Assembly (NCBI RefSeq): GCF_000315625.1
Contig: NW_005434652.1
Coordinates: forward strand, 186,379 to 250,378
Origin: Guillardia theta CCMP2712
Lineage: Eukaryota > Protista > Cryptophyta
Direction of reading: 5' to 3'
Length of the DNA: 64,000 nt
Shown: piece after piece, positions 1-9,700 of the stretch
How the letters are laid out: each line of letters starts with the position of its first letter
Position numbering within the stretch: the stretch's first letter is position 1
Made by a program: the position numbers and the translations under genes
Notes under the pieces: model-generated
The model's database searches: none
What the model saw: only the letters and a program-made list of their open reading frames with translations
What the model was told of the DNA's origin: nothing

Positions 1-106
1 CGATGATTGCTTCTGATCGAAGTTGACAAGTATGGGCACCATACCGCATGAAATACATCTTAACGACTAACTCGTTCTCCTCCCTTCTTCGATCATTGGA
101 ATCAGG

Positions 107-138
<32 letters not shown>

Positions 139-409
139 CCCCTGCCCCCCCCCATTATTATCCTTCCCTCATTATTCTGGTCAGTGAAATCCGGGGGGTC
201 GCAATGCAATCGGGGAGAAAAATTAATTTGGAGGGGAGGCGAGGGAGAGTAGCAGTGGAGGGCAGCAGGAGAGGGGGAAGGAGGGAGGGAGGGCAGGAGG
301 ATAACTACTCAAGTCAGAGCAGAGAAACGACTTTTCCCGATGCCATTGACACCTGCTCTAGATAGCTGATCTGCCGTAAAATGCCGCCCTGCAGCGCTTT
401 GCGTCGTAC

Positions 410-1128
410 ATGGAGGACGAGGAGATAAGGGCAGACTCCTCGGAGCGTCCTCCGTTTCACCTGCGCGTCTCTGATGGAAAATATTGCGACTCTCTCTTCA
501 GCCTGTGCGACTTGCGGCTGAGGCCGGGGATCGGTCGATCCCGTAGGAACCAGGTTTGCCTGCTAGCAGACGACCAGGTTGATCCTCCTCCTCCCCCTCC
601 CCCTCCCTCTCCTCCTCCTCCTCCTCCTCCTCTTCCACTAGCACCTTCAGCAACACCATCAGCACCTCTCCCTTTCCCTCTCCCTCCCTCTCCCCCCTCC
701 TCTTGATCAACATCAACCTCGCCGCCACCAGAGCTTGTCTTCCTCCTCCTCTCCTTCTGCTGCATTGAAGCCTTGTGTAGGTGAGCCGCTTCCATGCCTA
801 CTTTGAGAGGGACGAGCGCGGGTTCGTCATGCTCAAGGATGGGAGCTTTGAATCTGGTGACGGCTCAGCTGGCATGCTCGTGAGGTTGACTTGCTTTTCA
901 GGAACCTGTTCGACCAACGGAACGTTTGTCAACAGCAACTGCGTCCGCATAGATCAGAACGGATATCGGCTGCACTTTGGAGATAGGATTACCATCGGAT
1001 CTTCAGAGTTGATTGTTGGTAATCAGTGTAATCCTTAGTCTGCATCCCTCCTCACCCGCGCCCTTCCTGTTCAGAACGCGGAGCTCTGGAAACTTCCGTC
1101 AAGACTGAGCCGGAGCCGCAGGTAAGAA

Positions 1129-1201
<73 letters not shown>

Positions 1202-2285
1202 TGGATACAGATACAGATTCAAGGAGCGTGGAATAGAACTGACAATGAAAACCCATGGAAGCGGCGCATGGAGCGGGTGAAAAGGAGGCTTCTTTAAAAA
1301 CATGTTCATGAGTTTCTGTTTTCAATCAGGGGGATTTATCTACATCAAGAAGAAGATTTTTGAATGTGCAAGAGAAGATAGCATTTCTCATGGGTACACA
1401 TGCAAGATTGGGAAGCAATTCGTTTGTACAAGTCCTTACTGAGACTGCCATGCTTTCTTTGATCTTAGAAAAGTGATGATAACTTAGAAACTGCTGTATG
1501 CTCACTGTTTTATCCTTCAGTTCCGCTCGGACAATCATAAGACGTCCAGCTCCTCCTTTTCCAACAATCTCCAGCGAATTTTCTTCCAAGTTGTCGTCGA
1601 CAGAAACGAATATCGACGTCTCAGCAAGGTGCTTCCCAGGCAAGAGCATAGTCACCGCCTTTCCTTCCCACGTGTATTCAAGTCTTTAAGCAGGAGGCAA
1701 GACTCTTGAAGAGTTCATGAACGATGGATTGCACTGGGATCTTCCTGGCGTGTACGGCAGCAGAGGGGGGAAAGTTTGTGTTGGGTTCAAGTGCGTCAAT
1801 CTCCGTCACTTCTGTTCTTTCATGTTGCTCTAACTCAAGGCGGCAGGGTGAAGCGAATTTCACGCATTTACAACAACTCATTGTGGAGGCCGTACCAATG
1901 GCGAAAGCAGTGTATATCAGAGTGAGTGTCAGATTGTTCGGAGTACAGAGGTTGATTGTTTCTAAAGATTCCTGCCGGACATGCAATCGATGGCTTCATC
2001 GGAGTACATCACGAGGATGAACTTTGCCCGTGCGTTATGTCTTATAACCGAGTCTTGCATCAAGTTTGAACTTCCTCATCAGAACTCTTGGATCCTTCCT
2101 GTAATGAAGTGTACGCGTTTCATGGTCAGGTAGATTCCAGAAGTCTCCTCCCTCTTCTTCTCTTACACTTCACAGGACCAAGCGAGCATCGAGATGGCGA
2201 AAGACGCGGGGCTGAGCCAGGTTTCATTCCTTTCTTGCTCCATTGGGAGGAGTCGGAAACAACTTGTGAATTTGAACTCATTTAG
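410..2285 (+). CDS. FHA domain-containing protein (multi-exon; 3' extent uncertain)
   Basis: Joining exon 410-577 to the exon at 781 (GT..AG intron 578-780) gives the FHA hallmarks IGRS..NQV, VSRFHA, STNGTFVN and GDRITIG. A probable 45-nt in-frame intron lies at 857-901. Downstream exons (AFLMGTHARLG near 1380) are assigned by splice pattern only. Confidence 0.75.
1132..1200. repeat. (GAT)n microsatellite, about 23 units, intronic
   Basis: Perfect run directly visible, inside a GTAAG...CAG intron at about 1121-1217. Confidence 0.95.
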
Positions 2286-2399
2286 AGAACTGATCATTCT
2301 CCCTCCTCCCTCCTCCCTCCTCCCTCCTCCCTCCTCCCTAGAATGTTTTGTCGCAATCATTGATGAGGAATTGGACAGGAATTGAGATTTTGCCCGAAG

Positions 2400-3561
2400 C
2401 ATTTTGGAGGAGGTATTTACCTCTCCCCTTCTGCATTCTGCGCGAACATGGCGATCCCGTAAACTTGCTGTAAAGTCTGAGATCTCGCTGAGATGATTTC
2501 AAGTTGTCCTTCCTGCCACCAAGGGTGCATCGGTCTGGATGTGTGCAGATGCAAGAGTGTGCACGTCGACAAAGGCCGATCGGAGGAGCACGTGATGATG
2601 CTTGCAAGAGTGGTGATGACAGCGAATCGCATCTCATGCACCTCTCAAGCTTCTTTCTCGCTCTGTCCCTTCCAGCACGCTTCTGTTAACTTCTAATACT
2701 GCGTGTTTGCAAAGGTTCTGGGAGACGCTCATGTTGCAATCAACTATGACGAGGACGAGTATCGAGGCCTTCACCTGCTTCTCGAACTTGTCGAACCCTG
2801 ACATATCCTTTCAGGTCCAATCTACAGGCCAAGAAGAAGCCCTCCTTTCAGCCAGCAGGTCTCACTGTCTTAGTTCAATCATGCTGTTCTCAACTTGCGC
2901 TAGACTGGGTTCGCAAGCGATAGCATCATCTCGGAGAGCAGATCCTGCGGAGGAAGGTGACATGGTCATACCTTGAGCATGCAACGGGCTGATATCTTCT
3001 CCCCCTGCCCCTGCCCCTCTCCCTGTCCCTGTCTGTCCCTGTCCCATATCATTCATGTCTCGCTCCTGCTTCCTCTTCTCTTTCCTCTCTTTTGCTCGTT
3101 TGTCTGCCTTTTCCTCTTTCCTTTCTTTCTCCCTCCTGCCTCTTCCTCTTCTTCAGTCATTTCCGCTATCGTTCCATCGTCGTCTACGACAGATTTCAGT
3201 ATTCCTGTGTAACAACTCAGGCTCAGTGAGCTGTAACGGTTTGACAACAGGTGTTACCCTGAGTATGCGATCTACTATGAGCGGAGATATGAGGAGAACG
3301 AGTATGTTGCTGCGAGAAAGTTTGATCTTTTCTCTTGATGACTTGCGACGTGTAGGCAACAGCACAATCAGCAGAAGGAGAAGCAGCAAGAGAAGGAGCA
3401 GCAGCGACGTACGTCTAGTTCATATCAAGCTTCTTGTCATTATTCTTTGCCATCCTGACCGTAACATCCAAACAAGTGAATCAACTGTCTTTGAACACAT
3501 ACTGAATACCAGGCACGGTGATGCTATTCAATATGATGTCCGACCCGGCACATGCCATCAT
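2400..3561 (-). CDS. Possible multi-exon hypothetical gene
   Basis: Minus-strand short ORFs bounded by GT/AG-like sites, with an ATG near 3561. No recognisable domain. Confidence 0.3.
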
Positions 3562-3821
3562 GAGTAGCTGTAGCGGCCCGTGCGGCCCGGCCGGGCCGGG
3601 CAATCACTGCCGTTGAAATCACTACTGTCAACGGTTTGACTGCGTACCTGACAAGCCATGACTTGAGAGGGCGACTCCGAGGAAACTTGAGGAGCTCTTG
3701 TCAGCACGTCACGCCAGCCAATCATGACAGTTTCCCTTTTAAATGTTCCTGCACATCACTTGCTCACCCCTCCAGTCTGCTCCTGTTTCCCCTTGTAGCT
3801 CGCGAACCAACCAGCCTCGTG

Positions 3822-4214
3822 ATGGCGAGGACCTTCGCCATCACTATCTCTCATCTCTCCTTCTTCCATCCTTCCCCGACACCCAGCAAGATCGTTTACC
3901 GCCCCCCCCTCCTCCGGCCTCGCCCTTCCCCTGACCAAACATCGAAGCCCGCCCAACGGTCTTCGCTGCCTCAAGATGCATGTCTCCGAAGCATCCTCGA
4001 TGCTCGCCGGCTCGCTTCCAAGCCTCCAGCAATCAACACCAAGACCCTGGTCCGCAGCCACTCCTCCGAGGACGTCACGCGGGGTGCCATCATGCTCCTG
4101 AGCGGCAGCCTGGAGGACTGTACGGGGAGGCACACACACAATGGCGTAGGCGGGCCAGGGAGGAGGCAGGAGGAGGCAGGGGTATGTCGCGCGAGGTACT
4201 CTGACAAGAAGTAG
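3822..4214 (+). CDS. Small hypothetical protein, DACLRSI..AR / LVRS.S..DVT family, paralog A1
   Basis: The ORF shares two peptide motifs with the opposite-strand ORF at 4505-4804. The start codon and possible introns are uncertain. Confidence 0.5.
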   Translation: MARTFAITISHLSFFHPSPTPSKIVYRPPLLRPRPSPDQTSKPAQRSSLPQDACLRSILDARRLASKPPAINTKTLVRSHSSEDVTRGAIMLLSGSLEDCTGRHTHNGVGGPGRRQEEAGVCRARYSDKK

Positions 4215-4504
4215 TAAACCCTCCGTCATTGGACCTTTGCCTCACTCACTCGCCATGTAAGCCTCTGCCGGCTGCGCTCGCAGCTGCCGAGGCGGATCTC
4301 AGCGTTGCCGTCTCCTGGCCCTGGCGAGGAGCTCCCTTGCTCTGCATGAGGAGTCGTGCCGCTGCGAGGGGTCGCATGGATCAGGTTTACTCAGTCATAC
4401 CCTAGCTCTCACACCCATATCGCTATCACACTCGCCTCCTCTCTCCTTCCTGTCTGTCTTGCCCGCAGCCTCCCGTCGCTGTCCTCATGGTCCTGCCGCC
4501 TTGA

Positions 4505-4804
4505 TCACGCCTGCTCCTCCAGCAGTACCAGCGCACTGGCAGTCACGTCCGTCATCGACGAGCTCCGCACGAGCCCTCTGATCTTTGTCTCCCGCTTGCT
4601 TGGACCGATCCCGCTGCCGCGCTCCCTCGCCTCCATGATACTCCGCAAGCAGGCGTCCTCCGCCACGGGAGAGGAGGGAGGCCGGGGCTCGGAAGAGACT
4701 GCGGATTGCTGGGCCATGTAGGCTTGCTGCAGGGGGTTGAGGGGGAAGGCTTTCCGACGGTGCAGGGGCTGGGGGAGGAGGACAAGAGAGGACGGGGAGG
4801 GCAT
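4505..4804 (-). CDS. Small hypothetical protein, same family, paralog B1
   Basis: Translation MPSPSSLVLL...EDACLRSIMEAR...LVRSSSMTDVTASALVLL. Confidence 0.5.
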   Translation of the reverse strand: MPSPSSLVLLPQPLHRRKAFPLNPLQQAYMAQQSAVSSEPRPPSSPVAEDACLRSIMEARERGSGIGPSKRETKIRGLVRSSSMTDVTASALVLLEEQA

Positions 4805-5716
4805 GGAAACAGTGAGGAAGGGAGGCATCGGGGAGAGGCTGAGAAGCTTGGAGGAGAGAGGCAGACGGGGGGGAGGAGGGGGGGTGGATATGAGGGGAGA
4901 ATGGATGAAAGCAAGGGAGGGGGAGGGGGGGAGACTACAATGACACGAGCAGGAGGCAAGGTACAAGGCAGGGAGGGAGGAGATGTGAAGGAGAAGTAGG
5001 GGAGGAGTAGGGGGAATGTATCAGGGAAGAAGGCAAAACATTTTGCAGGGGAAAAATCTGGAGAGTTTTTATTTTAAGACCAATCTCGGGAACGTGTCTG
5101 AATCGTTGCTCTTTTTCGACTGTTTGGACCGTGACTGATGACCGACCCACCCCTTAGGACCCATGAAGAGATTTCTGACTCCCTACAACCTCCTCCGGAG
5201 TTCGCTTCCCCTCCCTCTATTGGGGAGTAGGAGGGGGGTGAATGTGAGGGGAGGATGGATGAAGGCAGGGGAGGGGGTGGGGAGGAGACCAGACTGGCGA
5301 TCGGACTGGAGGAGGAGCGCGAGTAGGCAACGTATAAGGTAGCGATGCGGGGATATCGGAAGAGGAGACGAAAAGATGCTTGTTCTCAGTTTGATGACAT
5401 CGATGTTTACGAATAGTCGCAAAGAAATCTCTAGACGATATCCCTCCACCTCCTTGTCTCCCCGATCATGGTTCTTTACTACTCAGCCGGTGTGGGAAAT
5501 GTTTTCAGGAAAAGGGCAAAACAGACCGAGGGGAAATCTTGAGATCCAAGAAGTCAATGGGTGGTGGGAGGGGGCAAAATCCCTCACAAACCCCTTAAGA
5601 GAGCAGAGATTTGACTCCCTACAACCCCCTCCGGAGTTCGCCCCTCCCCATCTACTGCCCGCGCCTCCGCCTTCCCTCCTTCGTCACGAACTTCGGGTCG
5701 AAGCGCATCTCTCGTG

Positions 5717-6118
5717 ATGGCGAGGACCTTCGCCATCACTATCTCTCATCTCTCCTTCTTCCATCCTTCCCCGACACCCAGCAAGATCGTTTACCGCCCC
5801 CCCCTCCTCCGGCCTCGCCCTTCCCCTGACCACACATCGAAGCCCGCCCAACGGTCTTCGTTGCCTCAAGATGCATGTCTCCGAAGCATCCTCGATGCTC
5901 GCCGGCTCGCTTCCAAGCCTCCAGCAATCAACACCAAGACCCTGGTCCGCAGCGACTCCTCCGAGGACGTCACGCGGGGTGCCATCATGCTCCTGAGCGG
6001 CAGCCTGGAGGACTGTACGGGGAGGCACACACACAATGGCGTAAGCGGGCCAGGGAGGAGGCAGGAGGAGGCAGGCCAGGGAGGAGGAGGCAGGGGTATG
6101 TCGCGCGAGGTACTCTGA
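5717..6118 (+). CDS. Small hypothetical protein, paralog A2 (altered C-terminus)
   Basis: Near-identical to A1. A short insertion near 6060-6090 shifts the frame of the last residues. Confidence 0.45.
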   Translation: MARTFAITISHLSFFHPSPTPSKIVYRPPLLRPRPSPDHTSKPAQRSSLPQDACLRSILDARRLASKPPAINTKTLVRSDSSEDVTRGAIMLLSGSLEDCTGRHTHNGVSGPGRRQEEAGQGGGGRGMSREVL

Positions 6119-6339
6119 CAAGAAGTAGTAAACCCTCCGTCATTGGACCTTTGCCTCACTCACTCGCCATGTAAGCCTCTGCCGGCTGCGCTCGCAGCTG
6201 CCTAGGCGGATCTCAGCGTTGCCGTCTCCTGGCCCTGGCGAGGAGCTCCCTTGCTCTGCATGAGGAGTGGTGCCGCTGCGAGGGGTCGCATGGATCAGGT
6301 TTACTCAGTCATACCCTAGCTCTCACACCCATATCGCTA

Positions 6340-6681
6340 TCACACTCGCCTCCTCTCTCCTTCCTGTCTGTCTTGCCCGCAGCCTCCCGTCGCTGTCCTC
6401 ATGGTCCTGCCGCCTGCTCCTCCAGCAGACTCCGCACAAGCCCTCGCCGAGTGCTTGGACCGAGCCTGCTGCCGCGCTCCCTTGCCTCCATGATACTCCG
6501 CAAGCAGGCGTCCTCCGCCACGGGAGAGGAGGGAAGCCGGGGCTCGGAAGAGCCCGCGGAGAACTGGGGCATGTACTACCGGCTTGCTGCAGGGGGTTGA
6601 GGGGGAAGGCTTTCCGACGGTCACCGCAGGGGCTGCCGGGGCCGTCCGGGGGAGGAGGACAAGAGAGGATGGGGAGGGCAT
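6340..6681 (-). pseudogene. Degenerate paralog B2
   Basis: Starts MPSPSSLVLLP like B1 but is frameshifted by insertions at about 6620-6650, and the LVRS..DVT segment is deleted or replaced. The retroelement sits about 90 bp upstream of its ATG. Confidence 0.5.
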
Positions 6682-6767
6682 GGGAACACTGACAGTGACT
6701 CAGTGAGCCTCCGGGAGGGTCGAAGGCATCGGGGATAGGCTGAGGAGCTTGGAGGAGAGAGGCAGAC

Positions 6768-9700
6768 TGGCTTTTTGAAATGGCGTGTACTGAGGGGAAA
6801 TGCGCCTACTCGCCACTTTCATTTCGGTGGTGACGGCGAGAGCGAGGGAACCGCGACAAGGGAAGCGTGAAGATCCGCTCTCACTTCCATCATCACTGTG
6901 AGACATCATGGCGCGGCACAAGCGGCCTGCCATCCTCCGTCATCACAGTTCTGTTGTTGATCCTCTACTGACTGGCACGCCGGGCTCGTCGTCCCACTTT
7001 CCTCATACAGGCCTTGTGTCCCAAGAGAGCTCCTCTGACTCTGAGCCCCGCTCACAGCAGGAACCCCTACGGACTCCTGACATGCTGGAAGGGCAATCTC
7101 GTTCTGCAGCGTCTCCTCCGCAGGATGACTTTGCCTCCTCCGCCGCTGGATCTGGAGGAGGTTCGGGGAACCAAAGACCTCGGAAGCAGGCAAGATTTCG
7201 CCGATCCATCTCCCAGAGGACACCCACCGATCAGCCTACGGTCAATCCTACACCCCCACCGCCCCCTCCTCAACCGGCAAATCTTTTCCCAGAAGACCCT
7301 GGCACGCAATCTAGCGCAGCGGCTTACTTTCATAATCTGCGTCCGCAAGACATGCCTTGTGGTACGTCGAATTGGCACAGAGCCCTCCCTCTCTTTGCTC
7401 AACAGGGACCACATAAGCTTCCGGCACTCCTGGCTCGTAATCCTTCCATTACAACCATCAAACACCCCAATCGCCAGACGATTGATAAATGGAAGAGTGC
7501 GCTACAGTTTACGTTAGACCTGCTACAAGGTTACCCTGACTTGCATTGCGAGGAAGCTAAGATTATCCGGAGCTTGTGGCATTGTCTCCCACTGCTCCTG
7601 CTGAGAGTGAATCCAGTTCTTGCAATCTCGCGACAAAACCGAGATGTGAGCTACCGTATCCACCATTTCCTCCAAGGGCGTTGGGAGACATTGCTGAAAC
7701 TAGAAGAGGGTGTTTCTTTTGACCAAGACGGCCCAGCGGTTGGCAGCGGTGGAGATCCGCAGGATGTCACGCAGCAGCCCACGGCGGGACTAACTGGGTC
7801 GGGACGAGGCACGAGACCGCGGGCACCGCAAGGTAGGCGCCAACAACCTAACCGTCAAAATGCAGGTCGCCCACAAGGACCTGACCGTGCGAGAGCGGGC
7901 GTGCAGCAGCCAGTGATGGAGAGCGAGCAGTTGGAGAAAAAGAAAATCCTCTCGGCTGTTGAGCATTACCAAAATCGGGATATGAAGAAAGCTCGACAGG
8001 CGCTTGTGGGCCATGGCCTCTCCCCAGATCCATTTGAGCAGCTATGGCAGCAAACTCGTGAGAAATTTCCGACGAGACTGGAACCCATTCCTCCAACGCT
8101 CCTAGACGCAGTCGGCTCCTCAAGGCAAATGCTAAGTGCTCAGCTCGACGATGCCATCGCCGATGAACCGGCCTCATTGCTTGACAAGATTTTAGATCAG
8201 CGAGAGGTAGGGAAATTCCTGCGGCGATTCACTGCTTCCTCGGCCCCTGATCAATTTGGTTGGCGACCGTTCCAGCACCTGCGACACATTCTCAGACTGC
8301 ATGATGATCACAAACAGCGATACATTAACCTCATATTGAAGCCGATCGCGCTGGGAATCCCTTCGGGCGCTTTCCTCGAGGAATACACCAGAGGGGGGCG
8401 ATTCATTCCTGCTGCCAAGTCAGTGGAAAAGAGCGGAATCCGACCTATTGTGATAGGGGACCTGGAGCGAAGGATTGTGTCTAGCATCTTCTGTCGTTTC
8501 TACCGAAAATCTTTGGAGAGCCACTTCACCCTCAGTCACTCTCGGGTCCTGCAATTTTGCGTGGGTCTGGAGGAAGGTTGTCTCAAATTCTGCAAGACCA
8601 TCGAATGCCTGTTAGGACCCCATTCTTTTGCCAACCCATTCACAGACCAGGGCGAAGGTGAGTCTGATAATTTTGATCCCACGGTAATCATCATGATCGA
8701 CGCAAGAAATGCCTTCAATGAGATCTCTCGCCAACGGCTATTTGACATCCTCCTTGCTCCCGAGCATCGTTGTGAGAACTTTTCCCAAGGAGTCCTTCCG
8801 TATGTTCATCAATATTATGGCCAGGCAGGTAAGTTATTTCTGAAACATCAGCGAGAGACTCGGGCTTTTTCGGCCACCACGGGAGTTTCTCAGGGGGACC
8901 CCTTGGCGATGGCTCTCTTTGCGCACACCACCTTCCCTTCCCTGGTCAAAGTCGCAGAGACCTTTCCCGACTGTGTCTTCCCGGCCTATGCGGATAACAT
9001 GGCTGTTATTGGAAAGCTCTCAGTTGCCGCACAGGCTACTGCATCGCTGGTTGATACTTTAAAACAAGAGCTAGGATTGGAGATTCAACCCAGGGATTCG
9101 CAGATATTCTCCTCGTCCTGGTGTGAACTTCAATCTAGTCAGCAACAAGCCATCCAAGAGCATATTTGCAGTAGGTACCCGGGCTTGCAGCAGTTTGCCT
9201 TCCGCGGCCAGGGGATCATCCTGGGAGGTATCCCGATAGGATCTCAGTCCTTCCAGCAAGAGTTTATCACTGCCAAGGTGAATGCCCTCAATGCTGAATT
9301 GACCCAGTTGGAACAATTTCCCATTGCGTTGGGTCTCAAGCAGCTCTTGAAAACGACCCACGTTCCCACCCTCCAATATTTCTTGCGTGGAATCTCCCCG
9401 GCCTTGACCGCTGCCCAGTGCAAGTGCTTTGACGTCGCGAATCTCCGTCTCCTGGCGAAGGTGTTTCAGTGGCCACAGAACCAGGCACAGGAGGGTTCAT
9501 CTGTCCTGCAACCTGCCCCTGGCACCCCTCCATCTGACCTTCAGTTCGCCTACTTCAAACGTCAGTTGCCTTATAGTGCTGGAGGAGATGGGTTCACCCC
9601 GCAGGAGGGCGTGGCCTACACCGCATTCTGGTCGGCGACTGCCAAGTTTCTCAAATGGGCGGGTGAAATTGCCATCTTCCAGCATTGGACTTTCCCTACA

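Larger units (their letters stand above)
3816..4893 (+). repeat. Tandem segmental duplication, copy 1 (uninterrupted)
   Basis: CTCGTGATGGCGAGGACC... at 3816 matches 5711. Near-identical to about 4499/6413, then more diverged with indels through GGCAGAC at 4866/6767. Confidence 0.95.
5711..6767 (+). repeat. Tandem segmental duplication, copy 2 (interrupted by retrotransposon; resumes at about 11131-11163)
   Basis: Direct alignment with 3816-4866. The continuation GAGGGGGGTGGATATGA reappears at 11147-11163. Confidence 0.93.

Noticed and set aside
1052-1325. Poly-His and poly-Ser ORFs
   Set aside because: Antisense readings of an intronic (GAT)n microsatellite. The same applies to the poly-His ORF near 17790-17875.
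6789-6801. Hammerhead ribozyme core suggested by CTGAGGGGAAA
   Set aside because: It lacks the CUGANGA consensus and leaves no room for stem II.
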